Source: an uncultured Anaerolineales bacterium
Lineage (GTDB): Bacteria > Chloroflexota > Anaerolineae > B4-G1
Assembly (NCBI GenBank): GCA_964450435.1
Contig: CAYVCX010000002.1
Coordinates: forward strand, 43,760 to 107,759
Reading direction: 5' to 3'
DNA length: 64,000 nucleotides
Part shown: positions 29,301 to 37,220 of the stretch, piece after piece
Numbering within the stretch: the first letter of the stretch is position 1
Layout: each line of letters starts with the position of its first letter
Translations under genes and position numbers: made by a program
Notes under the pieces: generated by a model
What the model was told of the DNA's origin: nothing
Databases searched by the model: none
The model's input: the letters and a program-made list of their open reading frames with translations, nothing else

Positions 29301-30845
29301 CAGGATCTGAATCGCGTCGTGGTGGCCTCCTGCACTCCGTTGACTCATGAACCCCTTTTCCAGGATGCCATCCGGCAGGCGGGGCTCAACCCGGGCCTCT
29401 TCGAGATGGCCAATATCCGGAATCAATGCTCCTGGGTCCATCCAGATAGCTGGGAGGCCGCCACTGAGAAGGCCAGAGACCTTGTGCGCATGGCTGTGGC
29501 CAAGGCAGCTCGGCTGGAACCACTGCACAGGACGGAGATCGAGGTGGAGAAAGCAGCTCTGGTAATCGGCGGCGGAGCGGCTGGCATGAACGCAGCGCTG
29601 ACGCTGGCCCGGCAAGGCTTTCCTGTTCACCTGGTGGAGAGGGAGGACTGCTTGGGAGGCAATCTGCTCCACCTGCGCCGATCTCTGGAGATGGATCCGG
29701 GATCTGGGGAGCAGAGATGGCTTGATCCTCAGGAATATGCTGAGGATCTGGTGCGTGAGGTGATCGCGGAGCCGCTGATTACCGCTCATCGGAACACCCA
29801 ATACGTGGAGACGGATGGCTTCCTGGGCAATTTCACCTCCCGCCTGGAGGGAGGAGACGGGGAGTTCGAAATTCGTCACGGAGTCACAGTTGTTGCCACG
29901 GGGGGCGAGGAGTATCGTGGGCCGGAGTATGGCTATGGACGCGACCCTCGTATTATCACCCAGCAGGAGTTCGAGCAACGGCTGGATGAGGATGACGGTC
30001 TTCCCCACTCCGTGGTGATGATCCAGTGTATCGGTCCGGCTGAGCGATATTGCTCCCGCATTTGCTGCACCACCGCCCTGAAGAACGCGCTGCTGCTCAA
30101 GAAGCGCGACCCGCAGGCTGATGTGACAGTGCTCTACCGGGACATTCGCACTTATGGTTTCAGAGAGCGCATCTACGAGGAGGCCCGTCGGGCCGGGGTG
30201 ATGTTCGTACGCTACGACCTCGAAAACAAGCCAGACGTACAAGGTGAAAACTCGAATCTGCGGGTTGCGGTGCGTGAACCTGCACTGGCGCGGGACATCA
30301 TCCTTGAACCCGACCTGGTTGTGCTCAGTATGCCGGTGGTACCCTCCAGGGGAGCGAAGGAACTCGCGATGCGGCTCAAGACGCCCGTCGACCTCGATGG
30401 CTTCTTTATGGAGGCACACGTCAAGCTGCGCCCGGTGGATTTCGCCACCGATGGCTTCTTCCTGGCGGGGATGGCCCACTATCCTAAGTTCCTAGACGAG
30501 TCCATTGCCCAGGCGCAAGCTGCTGCCGCTCGGGCAGCAACCGTCCTGAGCCGCGACACGCTGGAGGTGGGTGGCATCGTCGCCCAGGTGGACGATGAGG
30601 AGTGCGTCGGTTGCCTGACCTGCGTCCGCATCTGCCCGTACGACGTGCCGCGGATCCGGACGGACCTAACCGGGGTGGGGGCCATCAGGGGCGCGGCCTA
30701 CATTGAACCGGCTCAATGCCACGGCTGCGGTATCTGTGCTGGAGAATGTCCTGCTGGAGCCATCGAATTGCTCCACTATCGACGCCAGCAGATGGAGGCC
30801 AAGGTCGCCGCGCTTCTGGAACCGGTTCCAGAAGCTGCCGCGTAG
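26340..30845 (+). CDS. Giant HdrA / GltD-like NAD(P)H oxidoreductase / HdrA fusion (1501 aa; HdrL-like)
   Basis: Residues 1 to about 150 are an HdrA FAD N-terminus with FPTNDCAMCIIS. Residues about 170-560 resemble the glutamate-synthase small subunit (motifs NPFPGICGRICNHRCEDAC, VAIIGAGPCGLTAA, GAGDVAMDVARTA, VFAAGDA). Residues about 870-1501 are a complete classical HdrA (VFICHCGSNIAG, GGGAAGMNAA, C-terminal ferredoxins). Confidence 0.8.
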   Translation: MQQVVKQRSPIGAAMVVGGGVAGIQASLDMAEAGYKVYLVEAKSAIGGHMAQLDKTFPTNDCAMCIISPKLVDAGRHRNIELLVDSEVIGVQGEAGDFAVRLRQRPRYIDLDKCTGCGDCADVCPVVIPSQFDEGLAEQRAAYKLYPQAVPNAFAIEKRGVAPCRDACPSGQRAQGYIALIREGRYEDALRVIKEDNPFPGICGRICNHRCEDACNRGKLDEPINIRALKRVVTDRVYAETRAPVQPAERIYDERVAIIGAGPCGLTAAQDLCKEGYAVTVFEALPVAGGMLRVGVPEYRLPSEIVDREVRDIVDLGVDLRLNRRVDNLDEVFDKGFDAVLVAVGAHEGVRPPVPGADQEGVLVSTVFLRDVRIGEPPELGERVAVVGAGDVAMDVARTAVRLGSEVHVFYRRRRQDATAAEQEIRHAAEEGVSFHFQTNPTEIIGDGDGRLKGMMCVDTEPGMPDRSGRPRPVPIPESEHFVPCDDVIFAVGQRAGLAFIPESSGVGITDQSTIAVNPNTMAATREGVFAAGDATTGTAFVIEAVAHGHRAARSIHRYLRGEELEPPPEPDLPVVELTQAEIEERVTRGEVQVQPRVPMDELSVDERVSTFQEVTTGYTDEQAQAEAARCLACGICSECLSCVYECEADAVVHDMVEQVYDIDVGAILMAPGFEAYHAEGSAEYGWGRYPNVITSVQLERLLNASGPTHGHARRPSDGRTPKRIAFLQCVGSRDQEHDYCSSVCCMYATKEAILAIEHEPDTEVTIFMMDMRAFSKGYEEYYQRAQDRYGIEYVRCRISEIKEDPDTHDLLVRYVEGEGSQFAVRHARFDMVVLSVGMEVPESVRDLGQRLGIALDEYGFARTNPFAPLESSKAGIFALGPFQEPKDIPESVVQASGAAGLAGALLAPARWTLTEEEPYPPERDISQEEPRVGVFICHCGSNIAGFLDVPAVAEHAGMLPGVVHAEHNLYSCSQDAIQHITEVTKEQDLNRVVVASCTPLTHEPLFQDAIRQAGLNPGLFEMANIRNQCSWVHPDSWEAATEKARDLVRMAVAKAARLEPLHRTEIEVEKAALVIGGGAAGMNAALTLARQGFPVHLVEREDCLGGNLLHLRRSLEMDPGSGEQRWLDPQEYAEDLVREVIAEPLITAHRNTQYVETDGFLGNFTSRLEGGDGEFEIRHGVTVVATGGEEYRGPEYGYGRDPRIITQQEFEQRLDEDDGLPHSVVMIQCIGPAERYCSRICCTTALKNALLLKKRDPQADVTVLYRDIRTYGFRERIYEEARRAGVMFVRYDLENKPDVQGENSNLRVAVREPALARDIILEPDLVVLSMPVVPSRGAKELAMRLKTPVDLDGFFMEAHVKLRPVDFATDGFFLAGMAHYPKFLDESIAQAQAAAARAATVLSRDTLEVGGIVAQVDDEECVGCLTCVRICPYDVPRIRTDLTGVGAIRGAAYIEPAQCHGCGICAGECPAGAIELLHYRRQQMEAKVAALLEPVPEAAA

Positions 30846-30893
30846 CGCAGCCGCAAACGTGGGAGGCAAGACAGACTTGGACAACGAGGCGCA

Positions 30894-31370
30894 ATGATGA
30901 ACAAACGACCTTTCGATCCGAAGATCCTGGCTCTCTGCTGCCGTCACTGTGCCTACGCTGCTGCTGACCTGGCGGGAGCGATGCGGCTTCGTTATCCCCC
31001 CAGCGTTCGTATCGTCGAAGTGCCATGCTCTGGTCGCGTGGAGCCGCTGGAGATGCTTCACGCATTCGAGCGAGGAATTGATGGTCTGATGGTGGCTGGC
31101 TGACTGGAGGGCGAGTGTCATTACCTGGAAGGTAATGTAAGTGCCAGGCGAAGAGTGGCGTACGTGTCCGATCTGCTGGAGGACGTTGGCCTGGGGGCGG
31201 GGCGAATACGGATGCTGAACGTGTCCTCGGCGATGGCCGTCCAGTTCGCCGAGGCGGTGGAGAATCTGACAGAGGAAATACGGCAGTTGGGGCCCAACCC
31301 GTTGGCCGATGAGCAACGACCAACGACCAATGACCAACGCGCAGTGAACAATGAGCCGCCAGACGACTGA
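30894..31370 (+). CDS. mvhD: MvhD paralog with an in-frame TGA (31101-31103) at the conserved Cys of the GCHxGDCHY motif; putative selenoprotein (158 aa if read through)
   Basis: Listed ORFs 30894-31103 and 31155-31370 are in the same frame, with no other stop between them. The alignment to paralogs places the codon at VAG-[TGA]-LEGECHY versus GGCHPGDCHY. A 7-bp hairpin lies 15 nt downstream. Confidence 0.6.
31119..31137 (+). promoter_or_regulatory. SECIS-like hairpin (CATTACC-TGGAA-GGTAATG) 15 nt downstream of the in-frame TGA
   Basis: A perfect 7-bp stem with a 5-nt loop, read directly from the sequence. Its position is consistent with a bacterial SECIS. Confidence 0.35.
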
Positions 31371-31373
31371 ACG

Positions 31374-31715
31374 GTGAGGACCAGGAAGAAGTTTGATATT
31401 CAGGAACAGACGCTCGAATTCGCCGTGCGGGTGGTGAGGCTGGTCAAGCGGTTGCCCCGTACCAGTGCCGGCTTCGAGTTTGGCAGACAGGTTGTCCGGT
31501 CGGCAGCGCCTGCTGGATCTGACGTGGAAGAGGCTGACGCAGGCGGGCCCGGGCACGACTTCATTCATAAGATGAATGTTGCTCACAAGGACGGGCGGGC
31601 GACCGGTTACTGGTTACTTGTTGTTCAGGAAGCATTGCTCGATCATGGGAATGGTGAGGTCCGGGCTCGGATTCGCCAGGGCGACGAGCTTGGCGCATTC
31701 TGTATACCATCGTGA
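31374..31715 (+). CDS. Four-helix-bundle protein (family related to the 23S rRNA intervening-sequence protein)
   Basis: The pattern LEFAVRVVRLVKRLP ... RSAAPAGSDVEEA ... DFIHKMNVAHKDGRATGYWL matches the four-helix-bundle family consensus by eye. GTG start. Confidence 0.45.
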   Translation: MRTRKKFDIQEQTLEFAVRVVRLVKRLPRTSAGFEFGRQVVRSAAPAGSDVEEADAGGPGHDFIHKMNVAHKDGRATGYWLLVVQEALLDHGNGEVRARIRQGDELGAFCIPS

Positions 31716-31847
31716 ACAATGCGCGTCAGAGCCCCATGGCAGGAGTACTTGTTGAGGGAGAACCGTGCACCGTGAGGTCAGCTAGCATTGGTCAGCGATG
31801 GGGCCCGGTTGTCCATCGTTGACTGTCTAATCCCGAATTGAAAGGAG

Positions 31848-32531
31848 ATGACGATGATCGTAGGGGAACAGAAACCGCTTAGCGAGATCATGGAACTGCT
31901 GGGCGATGCTCGCAAGGTGTTGGTGGCAGGCTGCGGCACGTGTGTGACCGTTTGCTTCGCTGGCGGCGAGAAGGAGGTTGGCATCCTGGCGTCGGAGCTG
32001 CGGATGAAGAGCAAGCTGGATGGTCATCCGATGGAAGTGGACGAGGTCACGGTGCAGCGCCAGTGTGAATGGGAGTACGTCGACCCGCTGGGGGAACGAC
32101 TGGACGAGTACGACGTCGTCCTGAGCCTGGCCTGCGGCATCGGGGTGCAGGCGATGAACGAGCGCTTCCCTCAGGCCATAACCCTTCCGGGCATCAACAC
32201 GACATCTTTGAGCCTGCCGGTGGAGCAAGGCATATGGGAGGAGCGCTGTCAGGCCTGCGGTGACTGCATCTTGGGGCTGACCTTCGGCATCTGTCCCATC
32301 GCCCGCTGCTCGAAGCAGCTGCTCAACGGGCCGTGTGGAGGTTCCCAGGAGGGCGTGTGCGAGGTCGACTCCGATATTTCCTGTGCCTGGCAGTTGATCT
32401 GGGATCGGGCGGTTGAGTTTGATCAGGTGGAGCGGCTGCTGCAGATCCAGCTCCCCAAGGACTGGTCACACAGTCGTGACGGCGGTCCGCGCAAGATCGT
32501 GCGCGAGGATCTGCAGCTGGAGACGGAGTGA
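31848..32531 (+). CDS. metV: MetV (methylene-THF reductase C-terminal-domain protein; zinc-ribbon / Fe-S small subunit)
   Basis: Motifs CGTCVTVC, CQACGDC, CPIARCSKQLLNGPCGG. It is immediately upstream of metF. An AAAGGAG RBS is present. Confidence 0.75.
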   Translation: MTMIVGEQKPLSEIMELLGDARKVLVAGCGTCVTVCFAGGEKEVGILASELRMKSKLDGHPMEVDEVTVQRQCEWEYVDPLGERLDEYDVVLSLACGIGVQAMNERFPQAITLPGINTTSLSLPVEQGIWEERCQACGDCILGLTFGICPIARCSKQLLNGPCGGSQEGVCEVDSDISCAWQLIWDRAVEFDQVERLLQIQLPKDWSHSRDGGPRKIVREDLQLETE

Positions 32532-32540
32532 GGTAGAACA

Positions 32541-33527
32541 ATGGCAGAAGAACGAACCAACGGCTACAAGTCAGGCAGCAATCTGGAGAAGGTCTTGAAG
32601 GCAGGTCACTTCGCGGTGACGGGAGAGCTGGGGCCACCTCAGAGCGCTGATAAGGAGGAAGTTGTTCACAAGGCGCGGCTGCTTCAAGGCGCAGCGGATG
32701 CGTTCAATATCACCGACAATCAGACTGCCGTCGTCCGCCTGTCCAGCATCGGCTCCGCCGTGCTGATGATGAAAGAAGGGCTGGAACCAACGGTGCAGAT
32801 GACCTGCCGGGACAGAAACCGGCTGGCGATTCAGTCCGATCTCCTGGCGGCCTATGCCCTGGGAGCACGCAACTTGCTGTGCCTGACTGGGGACCACCAG
32901 TGCTTCGGCAACCATCCGACGGCCAAGAACGTGCACGACCTGGACTCGATCCAGCTGATCAAGATGATGAAGGATATGCGGGACGAGGGCATCTTCGAGT
33001 GTGGTGATGAGATCAAGGGACAGGAGCCACGCTTCTTCATCGGGGCGGCGATCAATCCCTTTGCCGATCCGTTCGAGTTCCGCGCCTATCGCCTGGCCAA
33101 GAAGGTGGAGGCTGGCGTTGACTTCGTCCAGACCCAGTTGATCTACGACATGCCTCGCTTCCGCAGGTTTATGGAGCAGGTTGTGGACATGGGGCTTCAC
33201 GAGAAGGTCCATATCCTGGCCGGCGTCGGCCCCATCAAGTCTATCGGGGCGGCCAAGTACATGAAGAACTACGTCCCCGGAATGATTGTGCGCGATGAGT
33301 GGATCGATGGGTTGAGAGCTGCCGTCGCCGACATTCCCAAGGAGGACAAGGAAGCTCGCCGGGAGGCGCTCAGAGAGCAGGGAATCCGGGCCTGCAGTGA
33401 GCAGATCGAAGAGCTGCGCGAGATAGAGGGGGTGGCCGGGGTGCACATTATGGCCATCGAGTGGGAGGAAGCCGTGCGCCCCATCGTCGAGGGTGCAGGA
33501 CTCCTACCCCGCCCGCAGGTGGAGTAG
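32541..33527 (+). CDS. metF: 5,10-methylenetetrahydrofolate reductase (MetF)
   Basis: TIM-barrel MTHFR motifs (NITDN, CRDRNR, LCLTGD). The metV-metF-hdrCB order matches the acetogen metVF-hdr cluster. Confidence 0.85.
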   Translation: MAEERTNGYKSGSNLEKVLKAGHFAVTGELGPPQSADKEEVVHKARLLQGAADAFNITDNQTAVVRLSSIGSAVLMMKEGLEPTVQMTCRDRNRLAIQSDLLAAYALGARNLLCLTGDHQCFGNHPTAKNVHDLDSIQLIKMMKDMRDEGIFECGDEIKGQEPRFFIGAAINPFADPFEFRAYRLAKKVEAGVDFVQTQLIYDMPRFRRFMEQVVDMGLHEKVHILAGVGPIKSIGAAKYMKNYVPGMIVRDEWIDGLRAAVADIPKEDKEARREALREQGIRACSEQIEELREIEGVAGVHIMAIEWEEAVRPIVEGAGLLPRPQVE

Positions 33528-33536
33528 GGCAGGGAG

Positions 33537-34958
33537 ATGATGATGGCGATAAGAGAGCGCGTAGAGACGAGGACGCTGGCGGAGGAGGTCAAGCATCACA
33601 CCGGCTCGAACCCCTATCTGTGCTATCAGTGTGTGAAGTGCTCCAGCGGATGCCCGGTCGCGGAGCATATGGATCTGCAGCCTCACCAGGTGATGCGGTC
33701 CATCCAGTTCGACGACGAGAAGGTCCTGGAAGCCAGGACGCCCTGGGTATGCGCCGCGTGTGTCACCTGCACCACCCGCTGCCCACAGGGGATCGACGTG
33801 GCTGGCGTGATGGACGTGCTGCGTATCGAGGCGCGCAAGCACGGGATTGAACCTCCGCTGCGCGAGGTAGAGCTGTTCACCCAGGTCTTCCTGCGCATCA
33901 TTGGCGCCACGGGGCGCCTGTATGAGGCCGGCCTCATGGCAGCGATGAATATGCTGACACTGCAACCGCTGAAGGACATGGATCTCGGTGTGCAGATGAT
34001 CCTCAAGCGCAAGATCGGCTTCCTGCCCGACTTCGCTCGTCCTCCCAAGAACGTCCGGCCGGCAGAAGTGGATGACAAGACCATCGCCTATTACCCGGGG
34101 TGCTCCCTGGAATCCACGGCTACCGAGTTCGATCATACCTTCAAGGCTGTGTGCGAGGCACTAGATCTGAAGTTGGTCGAGCCCCCGGGTTGGATCTGCT
34201 GCGGCTCCACCCCGGCTCACACCACCGACTCCGTGCTGGCCGCCTACTACGCCATTCAGAATCTCTCCATTGTCGAGAGGATGGGACTGGACCAGATGGT
34301 GGCACCCTGCCTGGGCTGCTATCAGCGCTTTCTGGCCGCCGCTCGCGAGATAGAACGCGACCCGGAGATAGCCGAAAAGGTGGCGGAGAGGATAGGATAT
34401 GAGTATCAGGGTAGCGTCAAGACGCTCCACTCCGTCGATGCTCTGTTGAAGCGCGTCGGCCTGGAGAAGATTCGCGAGCAGGTGAAGAGACCGCTGGAAG
34501 GGATGAAAGTGGCCTCCTACTATGGGTGTGCGACGACCCGTCCTGCCACGCTGACCGGCGCGGAACACGTGGAGTACCCCATGTGTATGGATGACATTGT
34601 CCGCGCCTTGGGGGGCGAGCCCGTAGACTGGTCTTACAAAACCGACTGTTGCGGAGGGAGCCTGGGAATTACCCAGACCGACGTGGCACTGGAGCTTTCC
34701 GCCAAGATCCTCGAGAACGCCGAGGCCTGCGGAGCCGACCTCATGATCACTGCGTGCCCCTTGTGTCAGGTCAACGTCGAGAGCCGCCAGATGCAGATGG
34801 ACCTGGGCTTCGACCTGCCGGTGCTCTACATCACCCAGTTGATGACCCTGGCTTTTGGCATGGGCGAGAAGAAGGCGGAGCTGAGCAAGCAGATTATCGA
34901 TGCCCGTCCGGTGTTGCGAGAATACGGATTACTGACGTCGGTTGAGGCATCTTCATAG
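33537..34958 (+). CDS. hdrD: Fused HdrC-HdrB (HdrD-like) heterodisulfide reductase subunit
   Basis: N-terminal motifs CYQCVKCSSGCP and CAACVTCTTRCP, then YYPGC followed by two CCG domains. Confidence 0.8.
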   Translation: MMMAIRERVETRTLAEEVKHHTGSNPYLCYQCVKCSSGCPVAEHMDLQPHQVMRSIQFDDEKVLEARTPWVCAACVTCTTRCPQGIDVAGVMDVLRIEARKHGIEPPLREVELFTQVFLRIIGATGRLYEAGLMAAMNMLTLQPLKDMDLGVQMILKRKIGFLPDFARPPKNVRPAEVDDKTIAYYPGCSLESTATEFDHTFKAVCEALDLKLVEPPGWICCGSTPAHTTDSVLAAYYAIQNLSIVERMGLDQMVAPCLGCYQRFLAAAREIERDPEIAEKVAERIGYEYQGSVKTLHSVDALLKRVGLEKIREQVKRPLEGMKVASYYGCATTRPATLTGAEHVEYPMCMDDIVRALGGEPVDWSYKTDCCGGSLGITQTDVALELSAKILENAEACGADLMITACPLCQVNVESRQMQMDLGFDLPVLYITQLMTLAFGMGEKKAELSKQIIDARPVLREYGLLTSVEASS

Positions 34959-35619
34959 GAGGGCGAACGTGCTAGTCAAAGACTTGATGACACCTGATCC
35001 GATATGTGGACGGCCGGACATGGTGGTCACCGAGATCCAGAAGCTGATGAGCCATAACAACATACGCCACGTGCCCGTCGTGGACGAGGCCGAGCAGCTG
35101 ATTGGCCTGGTCACCCAGCGTTCTCTCTTCAGTGCGCTGCGCACAGAAGAGAGTGACCTCAGCCAGTTCGAGGTCAGTTACATCCTCGCGAAGATCCAGG
35201 CTCAACACGTGATGGTCGAGGACGTCATCACCATCGAGCAGGATGTGCCGGTGGAGGAGGCGGCTCGCGTGATGGCGGACCGGCGGATTGGCTGCTTGCC
35301 GGTGATGGGAGAGGGTGAGTTGGTCGGCATCATCACCGACAACGACCTGTTCAATGCGATGTTGAACTTGCTGGGGGCGCGGCGCTCCGGTGTTCGCCTG
35401 GTCGTCCTCCAGCCGGATCGCACGGGCGAGGTGGCTCGCTTGACCAACGTGATTGCCGAACAGGGAGGCTATCTGTCGGTCTGCGCTGGCTATTTTCCCG
35501 AGGACGCACCCGGTTCCTGGGCTTCTGTCGTGAAGGTTACTAACCTGTCAGAAGACGAGTTGGTGAGCCTCATCAATCGTCAGGATGAGATGCAAATCGT
35601 GGACGTGCGAGAGGTGTGA
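34942..35619 (+). CDS. CBS-domain pair plus ACT-domain protein
   Basis: Tandem CBS motifs (VKDLMTPDP ..., GCLPVMGEGELVGIITDNDL) and a C-terminal ACT-like region. The start may be the GTG at 34969, which follows an AGGAGGG RBS. Confidence 0.6.
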   Translation: MRHLHRRANVLVKDLMTPDPICGRPDMVVTEIQKLMSHNNIRHVPVVDEAEQLIGLVTQRSLFSALRTEESDLSQFEVSYILAKIQAQHVMVEDVITIEQDVPVEEAARVMADRRIGCLPVMGEGELVGIITDNDLFNAMLNLLGARRSGVRLVVLQPDRTGEVARLTNVIAEQGGYLSVCAGYFPEDAPGSWASVVKVTNLSEDELVSLINRQDEMQIVDVREV

Positions 35620-35667
35620 TCGCCTGCTTGAAGGCGGGCACGGCCTGAACCAGGGGAGGCACGGCGT

Positions 35668-36201
35668 ATGCCCGAAGCCATCTATATGAGAGAAGCGCGG
35701 AGGCTCCCGGGCAGCGAGTGGATCAAGGACCACCCGAAGCCCCTGGAAGCGTTCTACAGGCTTACCAAAAAGGTAGTCGTTCGGGTGTACCCGCTGATGA
35801 GGCGGGTTAGCCCGACGCTCTCCGAGCGCACGCTGGCGTGGGGGGAGAAGATCGTGAAGGGATGGATCTTCAACTGCCAGATGTGCGGTCAGTGCGTTCT
35901 ACATAGCACGGGCATGACGTGTCCTATGACCTGTCCCAAGAAGCTGCGCAATGGTCCCTGTGGCGGCGTTCGCCACAATAACCACTGCGAGGTCATCCCC
36001 GATAGGCTTTGTGTCTGGGTCCAGGCCCGGGAGCGCAGCCAGGCCATGCGATACTATGCTGACGACATGCGCATCGTCCAGCCGCCGGTCAACCATGCGC
36101 TGGAGTCCATGTCCGCCTGGGCCAATATGGTCGAGGGTCGCGACACGGATGTACCGCCTGGATGGGCCGTGGCTGCGCGTGCTGAAGAGGCTGACGGATG
36201 A
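35668..36201 (+). CDS. metV: Second MetV-like protein (MTHFR C-terminal-domain family)
   Basis: Motifs CQMCGQC and CPMTCPKKLRNGPCGG parallel the first MetV. It overlaps the following metF-like gene by 4 nt (ATGA). Confidence 0.65.
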   Translation: MPEAIYMREARRLPGSEWIKDHPKPLEAFYRLTKKVVVRVYPLMRRVSPTLSERTLAWGEKIVKGWIFNCQMCGQCVLHSTGMTCPMTCPKKLRNGPCGGVRHNNHCEVIPDRLCVWVQARERSQAMRYYADDMRIVQPPVNHALESMSAWANMVEGRDTDVPPGWAVAARAEEADG

Positions 36202-37184
36202 GCAACACCTTGTCGTCTTGCCAGCGGTCAATGCGTTCGAGTAGCCGGTTGGAGCGGGCGCTGCGGTCTGGTCGTTTCGCTGTCACCGCTGAGTTGAATG
36301 CACCTGACAGCGCCGACCCCCAGGATGTCTACCGGAACGCGCTGGTGCTCTCCAAGTGCTGCCACGCCATTAACGCCACCGATGGCGCTGGCGCCAATTG
36401 CCACATGAGCAGCATCAGCTGTTGCGCGCTCCTTACCCGTGCGGGCTATGAGACGGTGCTTCAGGTCAATTGTCGCGACCGGAATCGCATTGCTATCCAA
36501 GGCAACTTGCTCGGCGCCGCCGCTATGGGGGTCAAGAACGTGCTCTGCATCACAGGCGATGACGTCTCCGTGGGTGATCAACCCGGTGCCAAGCGCGTCT
36601 TCGATATGGATTCAATCCACCTGCTTCGCACCGCCCGCATGATGCGCGATCATGGCGTCTTCCTCAGCGGACGTCGCATCACGACGCCACCGCGCCTCTT
36701 CCTCGGAGCGGTTGCCAGTCCTTGCGCGCCGCCCTATGATTGGCGTCCAGAGCGATTGGCCAAGAAGGTGGAGGCCGGGGCCGATTTCATTCAGACGCAG
36801 TTTTGCTTCAACGTGGAGCGCTTCAGAGAGTACATGCAGCGGGTGCGCGACCTGGGGCTCCACGAGCGCGCCTTTATCCTGATTGGTGTCGGCCCATTGC
36901 GTTCAGAGAAAGCTGCTGAGTATATGCGCACCAAGGTCCCGGGTGTGTGGATCCCCGATCAGGTCGTGGATCGAATGGCTCGAGCGTCCGAATCGCAGAA
37001 GCGGGAGGAAGGCATCCGCATTTGCGTGGAGATCATCCAGCAGGTCCGAGAGATCGAGGGGGTTCACGGCGTGCACGTGATGGCATATCGCCAGGAAGAG
37101 GCTGTGGCAGAGATCATCGAGCGTGCCGGTATTCTGCCAACCGGGGAATTCGAGGCGGGCGTCTGTGGACCGGATGAGTCTTAG
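36198..37184 (+). CDS. metF: Second MetF-like methylenetetrahydrofolate reductase paralog
   Basis: Motifs INATDG, CRDRNR, LCITGD. The 328 aa length is identical to MetF at 32541. Confidence 0.75.
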   Translation: MSNTLSSCQRSMRSSSRLERALRSGRFAVTAELNAPDSADPQDVYRNALVLSKCCHAINATDGAGANCHMSSISCCALLTRAGYETVLQVNCRDRNRIAIQGNLLGAAAMGVKNVLCITGDDVSVGDQPGAKRVFDMDSIHLLRTARMMRDHGVFLSGRRITTPPRLFLGAVASPCAPPYDWRPERLAKKVEAGADFIQTQFCFNVERFREYMQRVRDLGLHERAFILIGVGPLRSEKAAEYMRTKVPGVWIPDQVVDRMARASESQKREEGIRICVEIIQQVREIEGVHGVHVMAYRQEEAVAEIIERAGILPTGEFEAGVCGPDES

Positions 37185-37220
37185 GTTATGTATGCCTGAG
37201 CGTGCCTGGGAGGTGACTCT

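Noticed and set aside
30894-31103. Interpreting the TGA-terminated 69-aa and 204-aa ORFs (30894-31103; 51406-52020) as genuine short genes or pseudogene fragments
   Set aside because: In both cases the downstream sequence continues in the same frame with conserved MvhD or HdrA sequence, the TGA sits exactly at a conserved Cys, and a hairpin follows. Selenocysteine read-through is the more parsimonious explanation, although pseudogenisation cannot be excluded without the Sec machinery being confirmed.
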